Both the position numbers and the translations under genes were made by a program. A DNA stretch of 64,000 bases from a virus (taxonomy: Duplodnaviria; Heunggongvirae; Uroviricota; Caudoviricetes): IMG/VR virus record IMGVR_UViG_3300021255_003438, positions 13,508 to 77,507 of that record, one strand, 5' to 3'. Shown here piece after piece: positions 1 through 9,143 of this stretch. The notes beneath the pieces were generated by a model. That model saw only the letters and a program-made list of their open reading frames with translations, ran no database searches and was not told the origin of the DNA. Every line of letters begins with the position of its first letter. Positions within the stretch are counted from its first letter, which is position 1.

Positions 1-209
1 TGAGGAATCTTTCTTTAAAATTTTTCATAACTATTTAAATAAAATTATTCCAATCAAAACTAATGTTATAATAAATAGTGCTAACTGTAAAAAATCTAAT
101 GCCTTATAAATTTTTAAAGGCATATAATTACTTCCCTTGTCATTCATATGCTGCAAATATATAAATAATTTTTTAAATAACCAAATATATAGTTATATTT
201 TAACAAAAA

Positions 210-896
210 TTATTCCAATTTCTTCCACATATCTTCTGGATATGAACTATGCAGCTTATTCAACCACCACTTTGTCTTCGTCTTACACATTGGCAGTCTC
301 TGACCACTCATAAGCGTTGACCTCTTAATTACCACACCTTCCTTAATATTAGGATATTGACAGCCCTTTTCCGTCCAATCATTGTTGTTTACGGAGTTGA
401 TGAAATCCATGTTAAGTTTGCCAATGTATATCACCTCTGGAGTTTCAATCCTATCGTCCTCACAGAAGATGTCAATGAATGTGTTAGGCTCAATATAGCC
501 CTTTTTCTTCAAAAACACGTCAATCAATGCAAGGTGCATTTCATCACCATCTTGGTGGAATCCACAAAAGCTGTGCTCACCGTACCATTCAAAGAACAGT
601 GTAATTTCTTCAATGCCGTTGAAGATGCCTTTCTTTCCAGAGTTATTAATAATGATTTCCCTCAAAACATTTTCATAGTTCTTTTTAAAGAACCTTACAG
701 CATCACCAAACCCATCTGTGTTTTCATCCACTAGGGTTTGACGAGAGCCAAACAATGTAAACTGTTGCTTAGTTGCACCCTTGGGAGTATATTTCACCCT
801 AAAATTTTGGCCATCAAGCTTGTTGAACGCAACTACTTGTTCACCATGTAGTGTTTTGTCATCCCTAAAATTTGGTATGCTTAGATATTCTTTCAT
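210..896 (-). CDS. Putative ATP-dependent RNA ligase-like nucleotidyltransferase (KxDG motif)
   Basis: 228 aa ORF. N-terminal 'AFNKLDGQNFRV' matches covalent nucleotidyltransferase motif I (KxDG). Ends with a TAA stop. Confidence 0.45.
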   Translation of the reverse strand: MKEYLSIPNFRDDKTLHGEQVVAFNKLDGQNFRVKYTPKGATKQQFTLFGSRQTLVDENTDGFGDAVRFFKKNYENVLREIIINNSGKKGIFNGIEEITLFFEWYGEHSFCGFHQDGDEMHLALIDVFLKKKGYIEPNTFIDIFCEDDRIETPEVIYIGKLNMDFINSVNNNDWTEKGCQYPNIKEGVVIKRSTLMSGQRLPMCKTKTKWWLNKLHSSYPEDMWKKLE

Positions 897-899
897 GAT

Positions 900-1457
900 T
901 TAATGCCAACAACTTTTTTTATGTAATACTTTAAGCTTTTGAAGCCAATATGTTTCTATACGCTGTTTTTTATAACTGTTAAAACAATTCCTTACAAGTT
1001 CAAATTGATTTTCACCTATTTGCCATTCCGTTCCAATCGTGCAAGAATAGTACATTTTATCACCAGTTTTAATATAAGGCTTCAATTCAATATAAAACGA
1101 TAGATTAGGAGCATGACTAATTAGAGTTAAACATAATTCTTTGACTTTTTCTTCTATCACAAACTCAAACTCTTCAAAATGAGTTTCCATTTCGTTGTCT
1201 ATGTATATTTTGATAGCTATATCATCTGTAAGATAGTTACTGTCTTCGCAATAATATATCCTACCAACACAAAACTTACCAGTAGAAAAATAGTTTTGCC
1301 TAGTAATTTGTTTATAATAATAATCGCCCAAATAATGTTTATAAGAATCGTCCAAATAGCCGCCAAACATTTTTTGAATGGCATATTCATAGTTTATGGT
1401 ATTTGGCTCAAACGGCAGTTCCTTTGTTAAGATGTAATACTTACCTTTTTCTATCAT
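900..1457 (-). CDS. Hypothetical protein, paralog of the next gene
   Basis: 185 aa ORF. Starts MIEKGKYYILTKELP, similar to MFEKGKYYVCIGKP of the adjacent ORF, so a tandem paralog. Confidence 0.5.
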   Translation of the reverse strand: MIEKGKYYILTKELPFEPNTINYEYAIQKMFGGYLDDSYKHYLGDYYYKQITRQNYFSTGKFCVGRIYYCEDSNYLTDDIAIKIYIDNEMETHFEEFEFVIEEKVKELCLTLISHAPNLSFYIELKPYIKTGDKMYYSCTIGTEWQIGENQFELVRNCFNSYKKQRIETYWLQKLKVLHKKSCWH

Positions 1458-1995
1458 AGAAATATCGTCCTCTAATTGCTTTCAATAGTTTACAGTCTTT
1501 TAACACAGCTATTTTGATTTCTCTGAGCAAAATCTTAGCAGTATCAGTTAGTTCATTGCGGCTTATGCCAGTGTAACGGATATATTCATCAGTGGCATAT
1601 ATGCACTCAATTTTAAATTTCACTTCGTCATTTTTTCTATCTATATAGTCTGGTTTTATACTCAAGTTTCTAACGCATTTAAGTTCATAAATTGGTTTAA
1701 ACATCTTGTCATCAAAAGTCACATCTATTTCTTGAAAATAGTTCTCATCCCTTTCTGAAAGTTTATAATACATACCACAGTCATTTTTCAAAAGACCCCA
1801 TGTCACTACTGGACCATATATCTTATCTTTGGTAAAGTTGAATTCACAGTCCTCAGTATAGAACTCACGGTCTTCAAAGTATATTGTGCTTCTTCTCCTA
1901 AATCTATTGTTTCCAAATACAGATGCAATAAAATCATTCACCTCTTCTGTACTTGGTTTACCTATACACACGTAATATTTCCCCTTTTCAAACAT
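1441..1995 (-). CDS. Hypothetical protein, paralog of 900..1457
   Basis: 184 aa ORF with N-terminal similarity to its neighbour. Confidence 0.5.
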   Translation of the reverse strand: MFEKGKYYVCIGKPSTEEVNDFIASVFGNNRFRRRSTIYFEDREFYTEDCEFNFTKDKIYGPVVTWGLLKNDCGMYYKLSERDENYFQEIDVTFDDKMFKPIYELKCVRNLSIKPDYIDRKNDEVKFKIECIYATDEYIRYTGISRNELTDTAKILLREIKIAVLKDCKLLKAIRGRYFYDRKR

Positions 1996-2001
1996 ACTTT
2001 G

Positions 2002-2361
2002 TTAGCATTTTACGTATTTCAGTTTTATTGTCTTTTTATCCCTATCTATTATACAAGAGTCATCATCTTTATTGGAATGTGGATAAATAATGTTATTTCC
2101 ATATTTTTCTTGGTAAAATACATTTAGCCATTTTCGAAAGGCGTAGTATAATCCTATTTTAAAATCTATGTTTTTTTCATGTTTAAACCAATGGGTTATT
2201 GATGAACAACCAAAATCAACAATAATACTTGAAGAATCAAATGGAATTGTTCGATAATACTTAGTATTTCTTTGATACTCCAAAAATTCATGATAGAATC
2301 CTATTTGTTTAAAGAATCTACATAGTAGTTTATATCCGTCTGAAAATGTTTTAGCAGCCAT
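2002..2361 (-). CDS. Hypothetical protein
   Basis: 119 aa ORF, minus strand, packed with its neighbours. Confidence 0.4.
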   Translation of the reverse strand: MAAKTFSDGYKLLCRFFKQIGFYHEFLEYQRNTKYYRTIPFDSSSIIVDFGCSSITHWFKHEKNIDFKIGLYYAFRKWLNVFYQEKYGNNIIYPHSNKDDDSCIIDRDKKTIKLKYVKC

Positions 2362-2782
2362 AAGCCCTTACTTTTCTCCATGTATATTTCCCAAAAGAAT
2401 CTTCCAAGTATAGTTCTGGAAATATATAACCCCTAATTACAAATGATATTGTTTGTCCGTTTCTTGTGAATTTTATGGTGTTACCATAGTATGAATAGGT
2501 GAATGTCTGTGTATACCAATTAACGTCTCTTGCTTGAGCCATCGTGATGTCGCACGTCCTTTCACTTAGGAACTTTATTTCCTTGAACTCAACGCTTCCA
2601 ACAATGCAGCCGTATTCACACTGCCATGTACCCAAAAGCTTTTCAGCACAGAAATAATCATACTTTTGATGGTAATGTGGTATTCCATAATCATCAAACC
2701 CATCTTCATCATGCCCATAGGGGCAATATTCACAAGATATGAATGATAGTGATAGTATGGTAAATAAAATTATTTTTCTCAT
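2351..2782 (-). CDS. Putative lipoprotein (signal peptide + lipobox-like ...FISC)
   Basis: 143 aa. N-terminal hydrophobic MRKIILFTILSLSFISCEY, Cys-rich. Confidence 0.45.
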   Translation of the reverse strand: MRKIILFTILSLSFISCEYCPYGHDEDGFDDYGIPHYHQKYDYFCAEKLLGTWQCEYGCIVGSVEFKEIKFLSERTCDITMAQARDVNWYTQTFTYSYYGNTIKFTRNGQTISFVIRGYIFPELYLEDSFGKYTWRKVRAYGC

Positions 2783-2985
2783 ATTCGTTTAATCTTATTT
2801 ATGTCTAGATTTACGATACTAGCGTTTAGTCTTTCCTCATTGCCTTTCACATTTGTAATCTTTCCATCCCTAATAATGACTATTGTGCACTGTCCATTCC
2901 CATGTAATGAATATAGATACCACTGTCTGTTCGGTTTCCAATCGTCAACATAGGTCACTACATCGCCAACTTGTAGGTTATCCAT
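2779..2985 (-). CDS. Hypothetical small protein
   Basis: 68 aa ORF with a 4-nt overlap to its neighbours. Confidence 0.35.
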   Translation of the reverse strand: MDNLQVGDVVTYVDDWKPNRQWYLYSLHGNGQCTIVIIRDGKITNVKGNEERLNASIVNLDINKIKRI

Positions 2986-3481
2986 TTTCCTTCAACAGCT
3001 TTTCCCTAACCTCATCTAATGCTTTCCCAAGTAGGTTTAAACCGTTCCAATTGGACTTGTCATCAAGTGCTTCTGTCTCTCCGCATTTGATGCCATAAAT
3101 TCCATCGATGGGTGAAGCCTCCACAAAGTGCTTACCCTTTAGCTCATCATTGAGCAAGTTAGCCTTAAGCTCTTCGTTGTTCTTGAACTTGTGATAACAA
3201 GCATCAACCATGACTTGATAACGCTTTTCATCCCAAACTTTATCGTCATAGTTCTTTACCATGCGCCCAAACGTCTTGGCTTTCTTTGGATTCTTGCCCT
3301 CAAGTAGTATCTTAAGTGCCATTTCTTCGTCACCGAATGTCTTGGCTTTGATGTACATGAAATACTGTTCAGAGTTATAGAATGTATAATTATTACCGTC
3401 AATCTTTACATTGAAAAGACATGGAAACCAGTTTGATGGCCATTCTCCCCAAAAAAATACGTGCTTATCTGTTACTCTCAT
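2978..3481 (-). CDS. NADAR (DUF1768/YbiA-like) domain protein, ADP-ribose/NAD-related N-glycosidase family
   Basis: 167 aa. 'FFWGEWPSNW...YNSEQYFMYIKAKTFGD...KFKNNEELKANLL...EASPIDGIYGIKCGE' matches the NADAR consensus (FxSNf...saEqyfq..Ka..F.D...EaSp.D..WGiG). Confidence 0.7.
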   Translation of the reverse strand: MRVTDKHVFFWGEWPSNWFPCLFNVKIDGNNYTFYNSEQYFMYIKAKTFGDEEMALKILLEGKNPKKAKTFGRMVKNYDDKVWDEKRYQVMVDACYHKFKNNEELKANLLNDELKGKHFVEASPIDGIYGIKCGETEALDDKSNWNGLNLLGKALDEVREKLLKENG

Positions 3482-3842
3482 AATAATGGTTTTTTAAAAT
3501 GGTAATTCTAATGGTGGGTTTTTTATCTATTAATTCCTTGGTTTTCAAATTGTATGTATACCTATTGGTTTCTTTCAATTCTTTGTCCAACATGAGCATG
3601 TTTTCTGCCGTTGGTTTGTCTAATATCCAATCTCCGTTGTCAACTATGAAAAGAATGTCATCTATTTTAAACTCTAAATCAAAATCTGAATGTATAAGGC
3701 AAAATTTATACCTAATTGACATTAGAGGACCGAAAGGAGTAGTTTCATCTGTTTTAGTAAATGTTGGATAAACCAATATCCAATTATATGACTGCCATTT
3801 TGATTTTAGTCTGCATAATTTATTTAATGGTATGTTTAACAT
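3465..3842 (-). CDS. Hypothetical protein
   Basis: 125 aa ORF. Confidence 0.4.
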   Translation of the reverse strand: MLNIPLNKLCRLKSKWQSYNWILVYPTFTKTDETTPFGPLMSIRYKFCLIHSDFDLEFKIDDILFIVDNGDWILDKPTAENMLMLDKELKETNRYTYNLKTKELIDKKPTIRITILKNHYYESNR

Positions 3843-3875
3843 TTTTCAATTCTAATGTTTAATAATTAATTCTCT

Positions 3876-4262
3876 TTAGGATTCTCCTTTAATTTTTAAA
3901 CGACTCCTATTTATTCTTAAATGGTTTTCCCTCATTACGTTTTTCAGCTTCATATACTCTTCAAGTGTCGGTTTTCTGATGACACACCTATTATTACACC
4001 CACAAATGGTATTAAAAGACCATTTATCAGTCATTGAATTATAGTACATATAGCAGTATATTTCGTGCCATCCCATACCGAAACCGTTTAAACTGACTGA
4101 TTTAACTATCCCAATTATTTTTTCTGTTAAAACATTATGGTCGTTTATGCCCCATCGCATATGTTTATACTCTAAAGCGAAAACATCACCAATTTTCAAT
4201 TTGTTGACAAATTCAATATTTGGGTCGTTTTTGCCATATTTTTTAGAACATACTTTCTCCAT
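3876..4262 (-). CDS. Hypothetical Cys-containing protein, paralog of 4243..4620
   Basis: 128 aa. Shares GxGWHxIxCY...W..N..CGC with the neighbour. Confidence 0.45.
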   Translation of the reverse strand: MEKVCSKKYGKNDPNIEFVNKLKIGDVFALEYKHMRWGINDHNVLTEKIIGIVKSVSLNGFGMGWHEIYCYMYYNSMTDKWSFNTICGCNNRCVIRKPTLEEYMKLKNVMRENHLRINRSRLKIKGES

Positions 4263-4620
4263 ATTCGTTAGTAAAATTAATATCTTCTCCTCTTGTTAAT
4301 AAACGTTTGTGGTTTAAAATGGTTTTGTTGCCTTTAAGTATGGAAGCCATTTTAAAATAATCTTCCATCGTTGGCTTTAATATTTTAGTCATTGTATCAC
4401 ATCCGCAAGAACCGTTTATATACCACTTTTTATTGGTTAAATTTATCAAAAAATAACAATTTATCTTATGCCAACCTTGTCCATACACATCTAGTGCACA
4501 AGACTTGAAAATGCCAACTATTTTTATTCTTGAGTTAAAGCTATTAAAAGCTATTTTAAATAAATCACCTTTTTTAAAATTAGCGATTATATCTTTATTT
4601 TTATCTTCTAATTCTATCAT
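4243..4620 (-). CDS. Hypothetical Cys-containing protein (paralog). Start moved to the internal Met downstream of the promoter.
   Basis: The ORF track gives 4243..4683, but a host-type promoter (-7 at 4644-4651) lies inside the 5' end. A Met (MIELEDK...) at 4620 fits. Confidence 0.4.
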   Translation of the reverse strand: MIELEDKNKDIIANFKKGDLFKIAFNSFNSRIKIVGIFKSCALDVYGQGWHKINCYFLINLTNKKWYINGSCGCDTMTKILKPTMEDYFKMASILKGNKTILNHKRLLTRGEDINFTNEYGESMF

Positions 4621-4643
4621 TTTACTATCTGCAATTATATTTG

Positions 4644-4675
4644 CAAATATATAAAAAAACATGGAGAATTCAAAA
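4644..4675 (-). promoter_or_regulatory. Bacteroidetes sigma-A type promoter (TTTG -33 / TAnnTTTG -7)
   Basis: Plus strand reads caaatata at 4644-4651 and caaa at 4671-4674 with a 19-nt spacer. Confidence 0.5.
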
Positions 4676-4703
4676 TCCTCCATGTTAATTTATGTTAACT
4701 GAT

Positions 4704-5927
4704 TTAACCAATCTGTTTAATCAGATAATTGCACTTCTCAGTATTTCCCAAGGTTTTACCCTTATCATTGGAAAGCTTAACGCAATCATGCCATTCACGG
4801 CTCTCTGTAAGCCTCATTCCAATCAATTTGATTACAATGTTGCTATAAGGAAATTTCTCTTTTGTTTCCATGTTGGCAACATCAGCGCAAAGATGTGTTC
4901 CAATGCCATAGGAGTCCTTCATACGTCCGCCAAGCCACTTGTGCAACTCAACAGCCTTGTCAATGGTAAGGGCGTTAGAATATACAATAGACTTGGTTGA
5001 TGGGTCAATACCAAGAGAACGATATTTCTCAATCATCTTCTCAGTTTCCTCATGCTCGTCACCACTGTCAATACGGATACCATCGAACATCTTAGCCATC
5101 TTTTTAGAGAAATTGGAAAGGAACACCTTTGAGCCAAAACAGTCAGGAAGGAATATGCCCAAGTCGCCGTCATACACGTCAGACCATTTCTTCATAACTT
5201 GATAATTGCACTCAAACACGCCACTTACGCACTCTTCGAATGAGCAAATCTGGTGTGACATCGTTCCTATCACTCCAAGGTCAAATTCCTTTGCAAACCA
5301 CACATTAGATGTTCCAACGAATTTTCCATTGTAATGAGGGGTTTTCTTAATCTCTATATCAGCATTTTTTAATGCGTTAATTACATTACGCTGAACGTCA
5401 AATGAAAAGCGTCTACGTGTTCCCATGTCAGAAAGCAGCAGTCCATTTGTAAATGCTTTAGCTCCTTTTGCATACGCTTCTCTGTATACGTCATCCATGT
5501 CAACCTTTTCAATGTCGCCTTTAAGTATATGCATCAACTCTGAAATGGTAGATAGAATTGGCATTTCCCACATAATTGTGGAATACCACTTACCCTCAAT
5601 CATAATTGAGAGATAGCCATCAAGGTCTTGGAAAATGTGAACCTCACTAGGATTGAAACGGAATCCACGAAGGAAATTGTAGTACCACTCTGGAAGGAAA
5701 TAAATCTTTTTCTTCATAAACTCAATCTCTTCTTCAGTGATAATTACATTGGCCATTCCGTTAATCTGCTCTTGTAGCATCTGACCAAATCCTTTTGGAT
5801 AGCGAGTATAGTTTCTGTCAAAGAACGAATACCTTACCTCTGCACGAGGATAAGTGTGTAAAATGTAATACTGACAAGTGTACGTATAGAGGTCGTTATC
5901 AGTAAAATGAGTTACAATTTGTTTCAT
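4704..5927 (-). CDS. pncB: Nicotinate phosphoribosyltransferase
   Basis: 407 aa. Has 'LLSDMGTRRRFS' and the overall NAPRTase layout and length. Confidence 0.8.
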   Translation of the reverse strand: MKQIVTHFTDNDLYTYTCQYYILHTYPRAEVRYSFFDRNYTRYPKGFGQMLQEQINGMANVIITEEEIEFMKKKIYFLPEWYYNFLRGFRFNPSEVHIFQDLDGYLSIMIEGKWYSTIMWEMPILSTISELMHILKGDIEKVDMDDVYREAYAKGAKAFTNGLLLSDMGTRRRFSFDVQRNVINALKNADIEIKKTPHYNGKFVGTSNVWFAKEFDLGVIGTMSHQICSFEECVSGVFECNYQVMKKWSDVYDGDLGIFLPDCFGSKVFLSNFSKKMAKMFDGIRIDSGDEHEETEKMIEKYRSLGIDPSTKSIVYSNALTIDKAVELHKWLGGRMKDSYGIGTHLCADVANMETKEKFPYSNIVIKLIGMRLTESREWHDCVKLSNDKGKTLGNTEKCNYLIKQIG

Positions 5928-5962
5928 GCTTTATATATTTTGGTAATAATATAGGTGTTGAC

Positions 5963-6406
5963 CTATTTTTGAATGCTAATCGAAATATCTGGTTTAACAA
6001 CGAGTTCAAATTGATTAAAGTCTTTACCGCCTTCTTTTTCTTTAATATATCTTTGTTTTAAATCAAAATTTTCGTGTTCCCCTTCATTTATAAACAATTC
6101 AACATCAATAATAGTTGCCAACTTGAATACTGGCATACTTCTAAATAATGTTGTATTCCAATAAATCATATCAATTTTGTTTTTAGCAGCCTTTTTAGTA
6201 TTAAACAATTTCGCATTGTTAATGTTTTGGCTGTAACATTTAAAATAATATGCACCGCCATCGTAATACAATGGCTCTTCTCCTTTCCACCCATCAGCAA
6301 TGAATTTTGGGTCTTCTTCAAGATGATACTTTTTTTTACAATTAAGTAACTCTTGTATACCATCTTTGGACGGAAATAATTTAATAATATATTTTTTCAT
6401 ATTCAA
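5963..6406 (-). CDS. Hypothetical protein
   Basis: 147 aa. Uses a TAG stop. Confidence 0.4.
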   Translation of the reverse strand: MNMKKYIIKLFPSKDGIQELLNCKKKYHLEEDPKFIADGWKGEEPLYYDGGAYYFKCYSQNINNAKLFNTKKAAKNKIDMIYWNTTLFRSMPVFKLATIIDVELFINEGEHENFDLKQRYIKEKEGGKDFNQFELVVKPDISISIQK

Positions 6407-6474
6407 TAATTAAAATTTAAAAATATGTTAATTTTTGCTTGGGTCAACTGATATATCATTGCCTATATTTTTAA

Positions 6475-6846
6475 TTAATGTATACTTTGTACAAAAACAT
6501 TTGATGTTGTGTTTTTACCTCGTCTTATAAGTATGATTTGGTCTTTGGTAGAGTCTTTTAACTCAAATACTATGTGTTGATTAATCCTGTTTTTCAGCAA
6601 AATAAGTGCTTCAAAAGGATAAAGTGCTTTAACAGCTATTATCTTCCACTCACGGCTAACAATACTAGTCGAAGGATATTCTGTATCACTACTACAAGGA
6701 ATGTTTGAACTAACGCCAAAAAAAGTTTTACTAGAATGGAGTTGAAAGCACCATTCGTTAGTATCTAGTGCCACAATATCACCAATATTCGGCACACAAT
6801 CGATGTCTGTGTATATACCTAAACGATTTCTAATGTGTATTGTCAT
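6475..6846 (-). CDS. Hypothetical protein
   Basis: 123 aa ORF. Confidence 0.4.
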   Translation of the reverse strand: MTIHIRNRLGIYTDIDCVPNIGDIVALDTNEWCFQLHSSKTFFGVSSNIPCSSDTEYPSTSIVSREWKIIAVKALYPFEALILLKNRINQHIVFELKDSTKDQIILIRRGKNTTSNVFVQSIH

Positions 6847-7364
6847 CTTCTTGGTAGTTTCAGAACTTTAGGAGTGTTGTTCTTGGGGTTATGCTTCACC
6901 ATTGCAAGTCCATCAACGCCAACCAATATACTTCTTTTCAATTCGTCAATAAGTTGGCATATTATATTATGCCCCCTTTCGTGCATAATCATTCCAGCAA
7001 TGCGCCATTTCTTATTTTGCCAATATTTTTCAGGTGGTATTTCACCATTTGCAACAAATAAGTAGCCTCCAGCGTAATAACGGTTATTAAAATCACTTCT
7101 ACCCATCAATCCATTGGGGTATTGTTCTTCTGCCTTAGAAAAACCATGCCATTTCTTTCCCCATAAAGCTTCCATAGCATCTGAATAGGTTGAATATAAG
7201 CATCCGTAATTTACGCACTTAACTATGTCATTTATGTTAAAGCCGCTATTGTTAATAACCGTTTCCATAGTCGTAATCGTATCTATTGTATCTGTGTTTC
7301 TGATAGCTGTTGCTGCCATCTTTTGCCATATCCCCAAGGTAATAGAAAGATTCACAGCAGCCAA
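6843..7364 (-). CDS. Hypothetical protein with HExxH (MIMHERGHN) motif, possible zinc metallopeptidase
   Basis: 173 aa. The single HExxH motif is the only evidence. Confidence 0.3.
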   Translation of the reverse strand: MAAVNLSITLGIWQKMAATAIRNTDTIDTITTMETVINNSGFNINDIVKCVNYGCLYSTYSDAMEALWGKKWHGFSKAEEQYPNGLMGRSDFNNRYYAGGYLFVANGEIPPEKYWQNKKWRIAGMIMHERGHNIICQLIDELKRSILVGVDGLAMVKHNPKNNTPKVLKLPRR

Positions 7365-7424
7365 CCATCAAGAATATTATTAGAATGAGCCTAATAAACC
7401 ATCTGAAAAAATCTCTTCCCATAA

Positions 7425-8327
7425 CTACTTTGCCTCTACGTTGGTATAGTACCATTTCTCAAACTCGTTAAACTCTTCTTCAGAAAATTCTTTTTTCACA
7501 CGGTCAAGTTCGACATAATCACAATATTTAACTTTTACGATTACCCTATTGCCATTGCCACTGCAAAGAGGTACAACTGGACGTGCGACAATACCCTCTT
7601 CAATCATGGTTGGGTCAGCAGCCTTATCGTACTGAGTCGTAAAACCACTACGAACTTTGCGCTCAATTTCCTCAAGCGTCATTACACCTAGGAATGGAAC
7701 AGTCTCAAGCCCAAGACCCTTACAGAGAGAGTCACGAACATCCTTTGGAGTCCACCAGCCTTGCTGCTGGATGTCGAACACTACGAACCCATTTCCGTTC
7801 TGAATATAACGAGAGCCGCATTTCTGAATGCCAGTTCCGAAATACTCGCCATAGATGTAGATGGGGACTTCCTCAAGACGAACACCATACTGCCCTTCAC
7901 TTGTAGGAACTACAGTTAAAAGGCCAAGATGGTCTGACATATCCCAATACTCAACCTTGTTGGTGCTGCTATCCTTTACAGGGGCAAACCTAGCAGTCTC
8001 TTTTGGGAACATGGCCTTTAACTGAGGCTTGATACGCTCACCTATGGCTTGCAGCATTTCAAACTGACCATGCTGAGAATCAGCCTTATCCGTTTTACCA
8101 CCAACACGAATCTCACCAGTTGATGGGAAGTATGCAATCTTGGAGTTAGTTCCGTCAATCTTGGAATATGCCTCCCAAGGACAATTGAACAGATACTTAG
8201 CCTCTACATTGGAGAAGTTACCAATGATGATTTTGTTCTTGAACTTAAGCCAATCCTTGTTAGGACACTCCTTGCCATCGAAAATGTACCTTTTATATAG
8301 GGTATCAATCTTAGTATATGTATTCAT
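7425..8327 (-). CDS. ATP-dependent RNA ligase-like protein
   Basis: 300 aa. 'EAYSKIDGTNSKIAYF' carries the KxDG(T)N motif I of RNA/DNA ligases. TAG stop at 7425-7427. A host-type promoter lies just upstream at 8348-8379. Confidence 0.6.
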   Translation of the reverse strand: MNTYTKIDTLYKRYIFDGKECPNKDWLKFKNKIIIGNFSNVEAKYLFNCPWEAYSKIDGTNSKIAYFPSTGEIRVGGKTDKADSQHGQFEMLQAIGERIKPQLKAMFPKETARFAPVKDSSTNKVEYWDMSDHLGLLTVVPTSEGQYGVRLEEVPIYIYGEYFGTGIQKCGSRYIQNGNGFVVFDIQQQGWWTPKDVRDSLCKGLGLETVPFLGVMTLEEIERKVRSGFTTQYDKAADPTMIEEGIVARPVVPLCSGNGNRVIVKVKYCDYVELDRVKKEFSEEEFNEFEKWYYTNVEAK

Positions 8328-8347
8328 GTTTTCTAATTTTTTTTTTG

Positions 8348-8379
8348 CAAATATACGATAAACTTACGAAATAGCCAAA
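8348..8379 (-). promoter_or_regulatory. Bacteroidetes-type promoter
   Basis: caaatata at 8348-8355 and ccaaa at 8375-8379, spacer 19 nt. Confidence 0.55.
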
Positions 8380-8397
8380 TATGAAATGTTAAAAATG

Positions 8398-8922
8398 CTA
8401 AATATAGGTTTTATACTCTGCATAAGATATAAACATTCCCAAAACTATTGCCACAAGCAAAAGTGCTTTTATTGGAAGAATTATTGTTAAATAGCAAAAG
8501 AAAATCATCAGTCCAACAGTTGTTGTTATTACACCCCCAACCATTTTGTAGTGAACATCAGTATGCTTTGTTACAATTTCATTAGGATGGCTCTTAAAAT
8601 AGTCTTCGATGAATATGTCTTGCAACGATTCTATTGTCACTGGTTCTTTTACATACTTAATTTTTTTTGTCGGCAAACAATGAATAAGTTTTATCCCTTC
8701 CATGAACTCAGTTGGAGGAACGCTTGTTGTTGGAAATTTGACTTTATTCGTCCGTATTATGTAATCATGCCTTACTAGGAAAGAAAGATTATCATCATAA
8801 TAGTAATCGTAAAGGCTTTTATATGAAAGCATAAAACTTCCAAACAACTTTCTTTTTTTAAGAGACCTAAAAAAAGAAATGAAATGTTTTAAATATGGAC
8901 TAGAATGAATTCTTTTTTTCAT
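8398..8922 (-). CDS. Membrane protein
   Basis: 174 aa with C-terminal hydrophobic segments. Confidence 0.4.
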   Translation of the reverse strand: MKKRIHSSPYLKHFISFFRSLKKRKLFGSFMLSYKSLYDYYYDDNLSFLVRHDYIIRTNKVKFPTTSVPPTEFMEGIKLIHCLPTKKIKYVKEPVTIESLQDIFIEDYFKSHPNEIVTKHTDVHYKMVGGVITTTVGLMIFFCYLTIILPIKALLLVAIVLGMFISYAEYKTYI

Positions 8923-9143
8923 TTATAAAATAGGTTGCTAAATGGTTTTATAACACGTTTCCAATTAAACAATCTGTTAATGAAGCCTTCACTTTTCAAA
9001 TCATCAAACAATTCTTTTGCTTCGTTGAACTTTTGTTTGTATATGATTGTTTGATTTTTCTCTTCAATTAAAGAAGATTCCAAGGACTTAACTTTATCCT
9101 TAAGTCCTTGGTACTCTTCCATTGGAATTTCTATACGAGCCAT
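8919..9143 (-). CDS. Hypothetical small coiled-coil protein
   Basis: 74 aa ORF. Confidence 0.3.
   Translation of the reverse strand: MARIEIPMEEYQGLKDKVKSLESSLIEEKNQTIIYKQKFNEAKELFDDLKSEGFINRLFNWKRVIKPFSNLFYK

Noticed and set aside
5963-8327. In-window evidence for TAG stop-codon reassignment
   Set aside because: The RNA ligase gene (7425..8327) and the 5963..6406 ORF terminate with TAG (plus-strand cta at 7425-7427 and 5963-5965). All long ORFs are uninterrupted under the standard code. Any recoding would have to act outside this window.
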